A DNA stretch of 64,000 nt, from assembly GCF_001194135.2 (NCBI RefSeq), contig NC_068982.1:37272466-37336465 (forward strand), read 5' to 3'. The stretch is from Octopus bimaculoides. Lineage: Eukaryota. The notes beneath the pieces are model-generated. The model ran no database searches, was not told the DNA's origin, and saw only the letters and a program-made list of their open reading frames with translations. Positions 50,385 through 64,000 of this stretch are shown piece by piece. The translations under genes were made by a program, and so were the position numbers. Numbering within the stretch: the first letter of the stretch is position 1; each line of letters opens with the position of its first letter.

Positions 50385-53006
50385 AGTCTCTGTTCCTCTT
50401 TACTTTCTAACTAAAGTTTCCATATTACCTTTTCAAATATCTTACTTTCCATCAATTGAAGTTTCTGTTCAATATTGAGAAAACTAGGATAAATTTATCT
50501 ATTTAATTTGTTCTTATGGCAGTGTACTTCAAGATACTTTCTGTGTTTTTTAACTCTCTCACTGTTTGTAAATATCATAAGAATACTACTCAGTTTGTTT
50601 TCATTTTTCAATTTATATTAAAACCTTAAAAACCAGCATAGCATTGCAGATACCTTATTAATCATTCACTTGTAATGAATAAACAAACAAATCTGAATTC
50701 AGTATAACTGAGACAAAATCTATTCATTTCTTCAAGTTTCAATGATGAAACATGTCAATGTTAATCAAAATGGGGATGTATTATGGTGCAAAGGAAAATC
50801 TCTGGGTTAATTTGGTGAGGTAGAGTATAACACTTATAATAAAAATAGTCACCTTGATCTTGATCAAAGGATATTCTTTTTAATATTTTGATAAAAGTAA
50901 TAAGTAACTTTAGTTGATATTTATATAAATTAAGGTGCCAATGTACATAATGTCCCTTTTATTAAACAACTTTCTTTTTATAGATCTTTTTTTTTTCTAT
51001 TTCTTGTTTCCATCTCTATCTATCCAGAAAACCTAAAACTTCAAATTTTGTTGAAGTATTGAATTGGTAAACAGAGAATGTTGAGTGTTCTTATATAAAA
51101 TATAGCTATTTTTATATTGATAAACATTAAGCAATTCTAAATTGATGGTAGTTTTAGACACTTTAGTGGAAATTAATCAATCACAAAGTTAATTTCCATC
51201 AAATGTTAAAATAATACTTTCTTTCTCTATTGATTTAAAATTTTGTAATGTTTAACTGTTTTAGATATTAGATCATCTCCCAGCTTAGAAAGCTATTCTG
51301 CTCAAGTTGTCCTGATTTTGTTTTCATTTGTCTAAATTAATGAAAGAAATTAGTGTAAGACATTTGCATTTATTGACAGAAAACTATTACAGATTTTTAA
51401 TACATCATTTATGTCAACCATATTAGCTTGCAAGATAAATTTTATTTGATAGGAAAATTTCCCCCTAAATTGGTCAAAAGAAGAAAGGTAATACTTATAG
51501 TTTTATACTATTGCTATTCAGCTTCTATGTATGCAAGCTAATGTTAAAGAGTAAACCTGGACACAAAAGGCCAGCTTCTAGAAATACAGACATTTAGTTA
51601 CAATATACCACAGTCTCAAATGTGGAAGCTGTGCTAATCCAGATATGTGAATAGAAGTTTGTGGCATGTAATCACAAATTTCTTCCAATATATTTCAGCT
51701 TAATCAGCTGATTTTTAAATTAAGTACAAGACAGAATATCAAAACATTGGGACATTCTAAAGAGGATAGAGTTAACTTTCTAAGTTGGTGAGAAATACAT
51801 ATAGAGAAAGATTTGATTTTTCAAAATATTGGCTTTGGAATAGTTCATCATTTGTGCCTAGGAAGTAAAACTTGGACTGAATTTTGATAGTATCACCAGA
51901 GTGCTATAGAGAGGAAAATAAAGTTCACAAAAGTTTTCTTTAATATCCTTAATTAGTGATAGTGCTGCTAGTGTTGTTATTATCATCCCTGTTTTAAAAT
52001 AGTAAAGTATGATTTGCAGAATATTTGATTGCTATTTCTAGCAGATCATGCAACCATGTAGTCGCTCCCTTGTTGGCTCATTAAAATGTTAACATCACTT
52101 AGAATGCAATAATTTCCCCCAAAGAAGTTTATTAAACACTTTTGTAAAGCAATTGTCAATGATTTTCTCATATCAGTAATAGCAACAAACATTAAAGAGA
52201 AAATCCAGTTCCAGGCTCAGGGGTCAGAACAGTGTCACATCATCCTGATAGTTTAATCTGCAAGTGGTGTTGTTATCTCCCTCATCCATCTCTCTCTCTC
52301 TCTCTCTCTCTCTTGCTCTCTCTCTCTCTACGCGTGTGCACACACACACTCACACACACAATACAAAACAGACACTTTTAATCAGTGTTTTTACTTCCTA
52401 TACTTGCTATACAAAACTGTTTTTACAAGCCTCTCATCCACCTACTGAGACTTTTCCATCTGCTTTTTGCCTGCTGTTGATTGTATATCTTGTCAATGCC
52501 AACCATGAGGTATAGTAATCCGTGTTAAGACAACATAAGAAGAAAAATAACTTTTGTATTGCTTTTTATTTCAAAGTTAATAGTTGCTTATTATGACCAT
52601 TGTCATTATGCATTAGGCTGTAAATTTCTGAATCTCCACACTCTGGGGCCAGTTGATAATACCAGCTACTCAAGCAGTCACTCAAAGCTCCATTTACGAA
52701 AGGGCACCATTCAAATACAAAGACAGTCAATTTTGAGGCAAATTTGCCAATAGAAAATGATATTTGAAGGAAAAAATTAGATATAAAACGTTTTTAGAAA
52801 ATATTTTCACATCTAAAATCAAGGAAAAAATCTTACGATAATGTATTTCTTTTCAGAATGCTTTTTTTAATTGTTATTTATATGGAGAAAGCTCATTACT
52901 TCTACAAGAGATCAATAGTATCCTTTGATCTTTCTTTCATTCACCCATCCTCTACTCAATGTTTGTTTATAAAATGCATCAAAATTTTATATATGCTTGC
53001 TTGCTC

Positions 53007-53064
<58 letters not shown>

Positions 53065-55299
53065 TTACATTAATGTAAGGGTTTGACACTGATGCTGTGT
53101 CTAAATTTTCTTTTTAAGCTAGTGTATTGTAATAAGCATTTTATTCCTAAATTTGCAAATTTTAGAGTTATATTTGTTAGCATGCTGAAATTCAGCTTAC
53201 CCAATCTGCCCACAACCCTAGGGTTGTCTCTGTCTTTAACATCTGTTATGAAGCATCCCTATATTTTCATATATTAATTACATTGTCTCTAATTCTAGCT
53301 AATTACTTTATCTTCCAAAGTTCCACCTATTGCCATTGTGATTATTACCTTCTTATCCTTTCTCTACAATATTATGCACATTTCTTTCAGTCATGCTGAG
53401 ACACTTTATTCCTTTCCTGCCATCCACTCCTTATTCTTACTGTCTAATTTACTATACTTTCAATCAGAGATTCTCTTATGCCTATTAAAAAGAGAAATGT
53501 GGCTGCATATATGACAAAGGCATCCTTTCTAAAGGAGTTACTCTTCTGAAAAGAACCAATATGCTGAGACAGAGAGAGGACTCATGAGACCAGAGTGTCA
53601 ACCTCAATAGTGCTTTCATAATGTATGCATTCTTCCCCTTCTTCGTCACTGTGGTTGTGTCAAGAAATGGTACTTTGTCACAAAAGCTGTCTGCCAAATA
53701 AAGATCCAACTAATGCAAACATAAACTGATATTTCCTATATGAAAATCTCTTTCCTTGTCATTTCATTTCGATTCAGTAAACCTTGCAATTTCTTTCCAA
53801 TTCATGTCATATTGATATAACAACAATTTCCATAATGCTACATTTACAATCATTTATATCAGGTGTTTTATATCAACTTGTGCCATTATGACCTACATAC
53901 TATACCAACAGTTTACTCATATTTGGCATACTATTCATTTCCTTTTATTTTATATAAAACACAAAACATTGACATTTGTGACAACAAAGCACTCTATTTA
54001 ATTTCTTTAAGACAGTAACAGTTGTTTGTGAAGTTTTACTGTGAAGTCTAAACTTCATAAATAAAATCAATATCATGTGTTGTCTGTAGTGCTAATTAAA
54101 CTTGTTTCCCAAGGAAGGGCAGATTTTTAAAATGATCATTTTAATGAGCACAGTAGAAAAACAAATTGTGGAAGACAACTGGCAATTAGAAATATGTTCA
54201 AATATGTTGAAATTCTGTTGTTACTACCGTGTGCACATTTGAGGTACTTGTCATAGATTGATACCACGTAGTTGCTTCGATCCTGAAACAGTTAGTTATA
54301 ATTTGACTATGCAGGAAAAATTTAATAACCTTTAGAGAAATACAACACTGAAACCCCTTCGGCAAATAAGATTTTATAATCTAATATAATTTAAATGATA
54401 AATTGTAATGAAATAGAATAGTAAAATTTCTAAAGTATGTACATCTGCTTCTGTTTAATTATTATTAGAGATATAGACATATATTTAAACATTAAAAAAT
54501 AAAGAGTCTAATTCATACTAGCTCTTGTGTGGATTTCAGCCTAATATAGTTTTCATTGATTAAATCAAAGCTCGGAAGATCCTTTTAAAACAGAAAAAGT
54601 TCTCCTTTTTTCCAAAATCAGCATATATTCTGGAACTTCCTAGAAGTGTGACAAATGTCTTATGAAATAAATATTTTTGCTGTACCACTGACCATGATAT
54701 AGCTTCTTCTGCACAAATATTTATATCTGTTCCTTGAAATCTCTTAGTCCCTCCAGCATCTCTCTCTCTCTCTCTCTCTCTATGCAACTGAGCAACACCA
54801 GAAGATAGTTGGGAAATCTACTGATTAAAAGGTCTATTTAAATCAGCTTCTTGAAGGACAGTAAAATAGAAGTAATAAAGTGAGTGCTCGCATAAGCCAA
54901 AAAACATTAAATTAATCAAAATTACACCCTTCATGTGTTAACAAATCATTATCTAAAAGAAAGAAGGAAAGGACACAACCCCAAAACATAAATTAAGTAT
55001 AGAATCCAACAGAATAAGTCTGATTTTTAAAAGTATGTTGACTCCAAATATATTTCAGTTTTATTAGCTTTATCCAGAGTTGGCTTAACTGAATTTCTTG
55101 GACCCTTAAATAAACTTAGTAACAAATTTTGTACAAGAATGAAGAAAATATTCTCCTCTACAATATAAGAGAATATAATATAACTCAATTTTTTAAAAAA
55201 CAATTTGAATGTACAGTATGCATTGTTTTCAAGCTTGCTGAACCAACTTGAAATTTATGCATAGTATTATAAGTAGACCAAAAGTAAAACATTCTTCAA

Positions 55300-55915
55300 T
55301 TTTTTTTTTTTAATTGTTACATCAGGAAGCAGGGGGAGGGCTGTACCAATTTCATGCAGGCCCTCCAATGCTGTTGAAATGCAAGCAGTTAATGTTTCAT
55401 TTGAACCATTGCAAGTTAATGGCTAGGGCTATGCAGGCCTTCCAATACTGTTGAAATGCATGCAGTTAATATTTCTTTTGAACTATTGCAGTTGATAGCT
55501 ACTGAAAAAACATGGGCAGGACCCAACATTGTGGAGAGGAAGGAATGGGTGAAGTAGTATGTGTGAAGCCTAGGAGTGAAACGGTGTGAATGACAAGTGA
55601 GTTAGGGTAATTGAGTGATATAAGATGAGTAGCAGTAGGAAAAGCTAGTCTGAGACTTTTTTATACTGCAGTAACAGTATTAAAAGCCAAGAGAAGAAAC
55701 AGCATATCTGTGAACCAAAGATTGAAGTGTGATGGCAAGTAACTTCAAGCCAATCAGTTCAGTGGCTGGTTTTTGGATGCCATCTAGGCTATCTTGTGCA
55801 TGTAGTAATAGCACTGTCCATCCCAGTTCTTGAAGTAGCACCTCATTGTGGGTTTCATGAGCTTTGTAGAGGGTTTTATAATCAATGTTAGAAGAAAAAG
55901 AACATTATATTTGTA
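55300..55915 (-). mobile_element. L2/Crack-like (CR1-group) LINE 3' relic with poly(A) end
   Basis: - strand TLYKA..LDGIQKPATELIG..LQSLVHRYAVSSL..F..Y..SYQLQ*FKRNIN; A12 tail at 55300-55311; 77-bp tandem duplication at 55354-55501. Confidence 0.7.
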
Positions 55916-56214
55916 GCATTCTTTAAACTCATAAAAATTTACATAGAAGTGCTAGGGTAATTCTAATTCATTCATTTGGAAAAGCTAGTTGTTTTAAATC
56001 AAATGAAAGTTTACATAAGATAACCAAAACTAATGAATAAAATATTAGACTATCTGTAAAATGGTCATTTGTATTAAGATAGCAACTTTTTTCTATTAAT
56101 ATTGGACCCACTGAACAGCTATTGTATATATATTTAACTAGCGCTTTTGCTAATATTAGCAAAACATGAAAGTTTTATTTAGTTTGTCTTTTTAGTAATA
56201 CATGTAAAAGACTT

Positions 56215-56600
56215 TGAAGTTCATTTTCTATGCTAGCCTTTATATCCAACCTCTCTTGCCTTCATTTCCTCCTCCGTTTTACTCAGTCACTTTCATCTTC
56301 ACTCTGTACATGACCAGCCATTTCATCTCATTTCTATTGACAACATTCATCACATTCCAATCATTATCTGCAATTGATTGTTTGTCTTCTCTCTTTCTCA
56401 ATGATAATTGCTCATCCAGTTAACCATTCTTATTTTCATTCTCTCCAACCTTTTCTGCTGTTTCATGTTCATTACCCACCCATGTATTACTCCCATAAAT
56501 CATGGCACATGTAGCATACACCTTCACCTTTCAACTCAAAAGTCACTAACAATAAACTGGGGTTGTGTAACAATCTCCTGTCTTCTGCTTTTTTAAAGCT
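56215..56600 (-). mobile_element. RTE-clade LINE relic (post-RT C-terminal region)
   Basis: KVYATCAMIYGSNTW, KRLERMKIRMVNWMS and W.GHVQ motifs across frameshifts. Confidence 0.8.
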
Positions 56601-59094
56601 TGGATTCACATTTGTATTATCATTTGAATTTGTACATCCAGTAAGATCATTAACTGCACTGCTTGTTTGAGTATTAAATAATTAACATTCAATTTTCATT
56701 TTAATTACATGTTCAAAATGTGGTAAAATATCACTACTTATTAAATGTTCTTTTTTCCTGATGCTAACTAGAATTCAGTATTTATTTTATCTTTGCAGTT
56801 AGCTCACTTGAGAATATTTTTTTTTCTCTTCTTTCATAATAGAGAAACAATTGAATTTGTCAAGGAGAAGGATTAATTTCCAATGCATTAGTAATAAAGT
56901 GAATAATGTATAATGCTTTTTGAATTTACTATTCCTGATTTATTCTTTAAAATCCCTTTAATCTAAAATGATATAACTTCTATTTACATAGATATTACAG
57001 TATTACTAGTCTACATCTCTCTTTTCATTTTGCTAATTTTTTTATATCTTTGACCCAAATATTTTACTGAAAACCTTCATCTTTTTCAATTGTAATCAGT
57101 TAAATGGAACTACTTGTGTCATAAAAGTTTGAATGCATTGGATAAACTTTATATTTAGGAAAGTATGTTCATTACTAGTTTTTACTGCTGTTTATAATTA
57201 AACTTGGAAATTAATAAATCCCTACTAATGACATTGTAGTTTCTGTCTGTCTGTGAATGTGAAAGACAGCCTGAAGTTAAAGTATCTTAAGCTTCAAAAT
57301 CTACCTAGAGGCAAGAGAATGGAGTGTCCTTAATTTTCTGAATAGATCATATATCATTTTTGTGGGGAAAGTTGATTCTTTTTCCACTATTATGAAACTA
57401 TTTTTAAGAAGGTCTTTCAATGTTATATTTTATGTTTCCAATTTCTTTGCACTAAAAGACAACTTAAACATTTACCAAATGGTATGTTTTAGTTGCAAAT
57501 ATGGCTTGTAGGTTAACTGTCTGCCTGATAATAAAACCTTGGTACTTATTTATATATTCTTCTTGTGGAATCAGATTTAAGAATTATTCCAATCAGTCTC
57601 TTAAGACAGAATAGTATATCAAGTATTAGTTGCTAAATATAATTTTTTTTATTTTTTTGCTCCTTCTTCAAACACTTGGAAAAGATAAAAAGTACATAGC
57701 AGTAATTCCAATTTTAATTTTTGTATTGATATTTCATAAGGCTATTAGTAGGGAGGAATGAATTTTGTAACAGTATTATATTTCCTACCTGCTCAATGAT
57801 TACCATTACTCTAAAAAAAAAATCAGAATTTGTTCAAGAAATCTTCTAATTATAACCTGGTCTGTACTTCCTGCTTCACTGGAACCTCAACGTGCACCAA
57901 ACTAGCTAGATAACATCTGTTTTCATGTAAAAGAAAGCTTAGCATTTTTTGATTTCCTTTTTTTTTTTTTTTCTTTTTCAAAATACAGTGGAATGGAATA
58001 GTTATTTATATATATANNNNNNNNNNNNNNNNNNNNNNNNNNNNNNNNNNNNNNNNNNNNNNNNNNNNNNNNNNNNNNNNNNNNNNNNNNNNNNNNNNNN
58101 NNNNNNNNNNNNNNNNNNATAAAGCCATTGAAGAAAAATGTACTTGAAGTCTTAGATATATAATGGGAGTTTTGTGAATGAATATTATTTTTCAAAGAAA
58201 ATTTATTAAAACTTATTTGATATTTTATCTGTATATTTTGGCACTCACCTTCTCTAGGTACTCCAGTCAACTTGTTATTCATTTTGATAGGTTTTACATA
58301 GGATTTTTATTACATTAGTAGAAAATGCCTACAGATGCTAATTATACTTCCCATTAGAGCAAGATCAAGACAGTACTACTAAACAAAATCAATTAATAAA
58401 GTTTATTTTAGATAATAAGACTATGATCTTCAACTGAGATTGCAGATTCAATACTGATATGGGTTTGATCTTGTTGCTTCATATCAATTAAAAGATTCAT
58501 ATAAATATTTTATTTACTTTAATTAATATTCATACAAATTAAAATAAAATTGACATTCCTGTTGTTTTATAAATGTCACATTTTTCTTAACCTAATAGCA
58601 ATTCATAAAACTTCAAAGCATTTGAAATATCTAAAACATTTAGCAATAATGTTTTTTGTTTAGAAATCATCAAAAACGTTGATCATTACCTCTAGTTGGC
58701 TCAACTCCATTTCATTTCTACAAAAGATTAACCTACTTCATTCTATTTGATTTCAATGTTTTGTTTGTTTTTTTATCTGTTTAATTTAATATTAATGTTA
58801 GGATGATAGAAATTTGGGAAGTTAATTAAGCATTAGATGCATTAAAGTATTTTCCATTTATTTATTTTATACCACAGTTTGTGAACAATAGCATTGATGG
58901 TTACAGGTTTTCAATGGGCCAATTACTGGTTCATTGCATTTATGATTGCAAGGATGTCAAGGAAACATCTGTAAATTTGTATAAACACTTCTTTTGAAGA
59001 GCAGCAATTTTTCATTTATATCAGCAAAATACACACAAACAACAAATTTCCATCTACCAGACTTCACACACAAGTATTTGTCAACTTGCAATGA

Positions 59095-59180
59095 TATAAG
59101 AATAAAAGACACTTGTCCAAGTTGCCTCACTGTGGAATCAAAGACAGAATCACATAGTTGTGAAGCAAATCTATTAACTT
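59095..59180 (-). mobile_element. SINE type A tRNA-head relic
   Basis: acttgtccaagttgcctcactgtggaatcaaa..cacatagttgtgaagcaaatctattaac is the reverse complement of the type A head. Confidence 0.55.
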
Positions 59181-61241
59181 TATAGACATCCTACACTCAT
59201 TTGTTCTTAGTTTTCATACACCTAGGATCAGTAAAATAAGTACAAGTATACTGAGATTGAATCAGTTGTCTACATCCTCTATTTATTTCAAAAATTGACC
59301 TTGTACTAGCTATTTCCAGTAAATTAAATCAGTTGATGCCACCAGACCATGCTTAACACAGTAAATAGAACTTTATGGGGGCATTTTGGTAAACCAATAC
59401 CCTTAGATGGTGTATAAGTAAGAAAAAATGTATGATTGATAGTTATCAACATGTTTTCAGGATTAAGCAAGTATCATTTTATCTATAAGAAAGCAAACTA
59501 AATGTTATTTTATTTCCTTCTACTTATAAAATTCAGTATGACTTCTAACTTGAGCTGAACTTCTTACTATTTTTATTTTGTAAACCGATATCCATTGTCT
59601 CAAACATGTTGATTTAGTTGTCCATAATGGGAAACATTTATAATAAAATAATTATCACAAATATGTTTATGATCTACTATATACAAGCAAAGACTTTATT
59701 AAATAGCTTCTCATTTGTATTTCAGTGGGGATTCGTTTGTTTGATGTTTCTTTTTATTGATTAAATAATTTTCCAATAATTTATCCTTGAATCTTTATTT
59801 GTTTCTGAATTAAATACATAATTGTTTTCTTTTCTCCATTTCATATGGAGATCAACAATTATAAGCATATTCTTTTTATTTACTAAGTGAAAGCCAAGAA
59901 ACAACTGAATTCTATGTCCTTTTTTTTTAACTCAACACAAATTGCCTTATAGTATACTTATAGTTATACCCCTCTACATTCTGATTTCAAATTTTGCCTT
60001 TCATTCTTCTAACATTGATGAAATAAAGCATCAGTCAAGTTCTAAGGTTGATTTAATTGCCTGTTCCCTCCTCAAAATTTGTTGTTTTGTAGCTAAGTTA
60101 GAAATCATTATTACTTAACTTGGAATGGTAGATCAAGAGAATCAATAGTGTTAGACATAATGCCTTATGGTATTTACTTGCATTGCTTTATATCTCACTG
60201 TGAATTCTGTAATAAATCATTATTACTGAATTTACATCTAAGGTTATAATCTGCTTATCATTTTTTCCCCTTGTTTCTCTTCTGGTTTATTGTGAATCTT
60301 TATTAACAGAAAATATAGCTTTATTGATGATTGTTTTACTATTGTTGATAAGGTTCTGTGTGATTCCCCCACCCACCCATTAAACTTTTGGTTTAATATC
60401 CGTTCCTAGATTGCTGCCATATAAATTAACAGATATTCTGGCTGCAAAGCAATTAGTGTGTCTGATGCATGATATTCTGTATGTATTAATTGATGTTTTG
60501 CTTTATCTACAAAACTTTATAAACTAAAAATTCAGTGTTGTGAAAATACAAGGTATGTGAGCCATTTGCTGGTTAAATGGATGTTAGTATTTTTCACTCT
60601 TGGTCTCTTTAACCATTTTGCAAAATTACAGTCCAATATAATAGTTTATCCTTAAAATCCAAAGTGTGTCTGTTGTCCATCACAATAATGACTACAGATT
60701 TGTAATTTAGTTATTTAATAATTTTGATCAATTAATAGATTTGTTTCAGCTTATTTTATCTTTTGGTGCTTTAAAAAAAATAGCTTATATTGCTGAAGTA
60801 AATTTATCTCCAAGTTGTTGCTCTAAAAATTCAGTAATGAATTGGTTGTCAGTATGCTGTCACCATAGTTAAATATTGAGTAGAATGAACAATAAAATAA
60901 AGTATATTTTATGTGAAACAACATGTATAGCTTTTTTATTGTTATCAAATATTGTTACTAGATATCATTATGCAGATATAAACTTCTTTTAAGAACTCAC
61001 CTGAAAATGTTTTGTCTAAGTCAATGATACTCTTGAAAATGGCATGAAATTTTTATTTTCTTGTCACACTGATCTTATCAATTGTAAATGTCAAACCTAA
61101 AGCATTTTTATCAAGTACTTAATATCACAATCAAGTAACAGAAATTAAAAAAACTTTAGTGTAATTTTTTATTGTGAAAAGATACTTTTTAAATATTTTC
61201 TTCTTCGTTATTTTTCTTCAGTTAAACATCCTACAATTTGT

Positions 61242-62404
61242 ATCTCCTTCAAAATAGTTTCCTCAGCTCCCAAGGTTTTTCCAGGTCTGGAATGCCTTTA
61301 CAGAGGCAGAGGTAGTAATCAGTTCTTGTTACAAATTTTCGTTGATCTTTATCATTTAAAATCAGTGACCTTTCAGAGTGAATTTCAACTTGGGGAAAGA
61401 TAGTCTGCAGAAACCAAACCAGATTGTAAGGCAGCTGGGGAATGAGAGTGGTTTTGTACTTTACTAAAAAGTTATAGGCAAGGAGTGAAGCACGAGCAGG
61501 TACATTGTCATGGTGCAGCATCTAGGTTTTGCTATCCAAGCTCCTCTTCTCTTCCTTTACATTGCCTCTCATAGATGCTTCAGAACATCCGACAAAAACA
61601 CCTTATTGTCTATGAGATCATGTAGAACGAAACCATAATGCTTGACAACCATCCAATAGAAATAAAAAAAAAAAAAAACAGTGACCAACATCACCTTCAC
61701 ATTTGAACAACTCTGTTGTACTTATCTTTTTCGTTATGGCAACATTGATCCAACCCACTGTGACAGCTGCCTATTTGCTTTGACACTGTAGCCCTATTCT
61801 TACATTCCATCATTCCATCACTGTATCATTGCATTCAAGTTGTTAAACAGTTTCTGACTGGCTGTAATTCTTTTTTTTTTTTTTTTTTTTTTTTTTTTGT
61901 TCATTCATTTGTCAGTTGACATATCACCAATTTTGAAAATCACATGGCATGAACTTTTACAGATGTTTCTTTCTTTGGAAAATTTTACAAACCATTTAGT
62001 GACAAGTTACATGCATCACATTATGCACTTTCATGATCCGATTGTTTTTGGTACATGTTCTTCCCAATTTGAAATGCTTGTACTCCTTGTGACATTGCAT
62101 GCAGCTCAAACAGTCCAACATAAAGGTTTGTTGCAACATTAGAAAAGTTTTCATAAAAATCTTAAAACAATTTCTCATAACCACACTACTGTTCCAAATC
62201 TTACATTGTTCAACTTGCAACTGAAGACAATCCCAAATCTGGACGTCTTTGGAGATGATTGTATTCACTGTAGCAAATGTAGGCAAGACTGGCTGAAAGT
62301 CAAGGTCACCTATATACAACACTGCAATTCTGAACATGCTGCACAGTCTGGTTGGCATGTAGGTTTAAATGTTTGATTTATCTTTGGACAGACTTCAAAC
62401 ATAT
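61242..62404 (-). mobile_element. Near full-length decayed mariner (Tc1/mariner) transposon
   Basis: Transposase 62206->61242: M*DLEQ, KTFLMLQQ, KHFKLGRT (HTH), SKLV..LTNE, GY..K.QLSQW, SNVKVMLV.F, MLHHDN.PA, FEGD. A TIR-like sequence lies at 62368-62404; the partner TIR was not found. Confidence 0.9.
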
Positions 62405-64000
62405 ATCACTGTAAAGTAAACACATTGTCATATTTGAGATATAGCATACTATGCTATGGAGACAGCAGTCATGTTGAAGATTTTTAGTAAGTTGACATGG
62501 TAAAACAGTTAGAACACAAGACAAAATATTTTTCAGTATTTTGTTATTATAGTTTATATGCTGAGTTTAAATCATTGGGCTGACTGACTTTGCCTTTTAT
62601 TCTTCTCACATCAATTAAATACATAGTTGTCAAAACTGAGAATGATTAACTTGATCATTCTTCTCTTTCAAAATACACGGTTTGTGCCAAAGTTTGAAAC
62701 AGTCATTTATTAATAATAAAGTGTAATTTTACTTAATTCTGTACATTATCTTAGAATTCTTAAAAACAAAGACAAACAATAGTAGACAAAAGTTTACTGT
62801 TGTTAATTGAATTCATCTTTAATTATTGATATCTTGCACTACCTTTTCAAAAACAAAAATCAGACAACTGCATCTATGATGTTATTTTGTTCTTTGGAAT
62901 TCAACCTAAAGAAACAAAGTAAGCCTCTTTGTTTCTAGTTCTAAACATTTGTGTCCTTGATAAAAAAAAAATTGTGGTCATTCATTCATTCAGTTATTTA
63001 TTACTGTTACATCACTGATCATTTCTAACTCATGGTGGTACCAACAGTTTACGAGTATAATTGGAGAGTTCTTTTGGGAAAATAATGTTTGTATTCTATG
63101 ATTATTTTAAATGCTGTCATCCATTCTTATTTGTGGAAATTAACTAATCTCCCAAAACATTTATCTTTCTTCATGGATGCATTTGATATGTTATATTGTA
63201 CAGGGTTGAGATGTATACATGTGTACAAATCATTTAGCATCAAAATAGCTTGACATTTATGCATAAACACCTTTATTTCATAAATATGACAAAAATAATA
63301 ATATAAATGAACATGACAGAAAACACAATGGCACAGTGAATGTAAGAATATTTCATTTTTTATAATTCAGATGGTTATCAATGCTGTTTTCATCTAAATT
63401 TCCCTGCTATCTCATGATAGTAACAAATAACTTCTGAAAGAATTCATGCTGTACTGGTTAGAATCATGTTGTGAGGTGCATAATCAAAATACCTGTTCTT
63501 TATAAAAGTGATTTCTATAGCAAGTATACTTTTTATTCAAACATGGTTATTCCTCGCTCATAAGCTATAAATGCAATTCATGTTTATTTTGAATACTGCT
63601 TTCAGTCTATTCATGATATTTTTTGCATTTCTTATGAACGAAAAGTAAATCCCAAAGTTTAAAAAATAGGAAGTATGTTTAAAGTTTGATCGTGGTAAGA
63701 ATGACAAACTATTCTACCATTATTAAGATCATTTTTGCCTCTCCTTTTTTAAATTTAGTTAAATGTTTTTAATTTTATATACAGGATGTTGCCAATTTCT
63801 GCTTGGCAATCAATAAAAGAACAATCATGATGTTCTGAGGACTTTTCTTTCTTTTCCTTTCAAGATTAAATTGTAAATATTACATGATTCAATTTTATAT
63901 TCGATTAATCCTTTGATTGAGCTTTCTTCACCTCTATACTCATTGTTAGCACTTCGTTATTGGTTTCAGATGGCAACATAAAGGAAATCAACCTTTTATT

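Noticed and set aside
43773-54311. Exact 16-mer ttataatttgactatg at 43773 and 54296
   Set aside because: AT-rich and not extendable; either chance or unrelated fragments of an old repeat.

Overview
AT-rich eukaryotic scaffold with six N gaps and a heavy load of microsatellites and SINEs. The SINE families match, from recall rather than a database search, those of Octopus (coleoid cephalopod). No host protein could be identified. The best host-gene signal is a CpG-retaining putative first coding exon on + (ATG 508, donor after 612). The rest of the window would then be one or a few very large + strand introns; consistent with this, long homopolymers are mostly T on + and the clearly assigned protein-coding TE relics are all antisense. 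TE content: (1) a decayed, internally deleted Ty3/Gypsy element (13283-17563, -) whose two LTRs match only at their ends; (2) a non-autonomous Helitron (17819-19085); (3) a Penelope-like terminal-repeat relic carrying an inverted pair of minimal hammerhead-ribozyme motifs (19631-19825); (4) RTE and L2/Crack-like LINE relics; (5) a near full-length decayed mariner (61242-62404, -); (6) at least three SINE types, piled up at about 4-5 kb and 49.3-50 kb. The most unusual observations are the complementary hammerhead pair and an 81-bp tRNA-like cassette with an extended terminal stem, present twice in opposite orientations beside a 64-bp direct repeat. Most ORFs in the supplied track are microsatellite, gap or chance ORFs.
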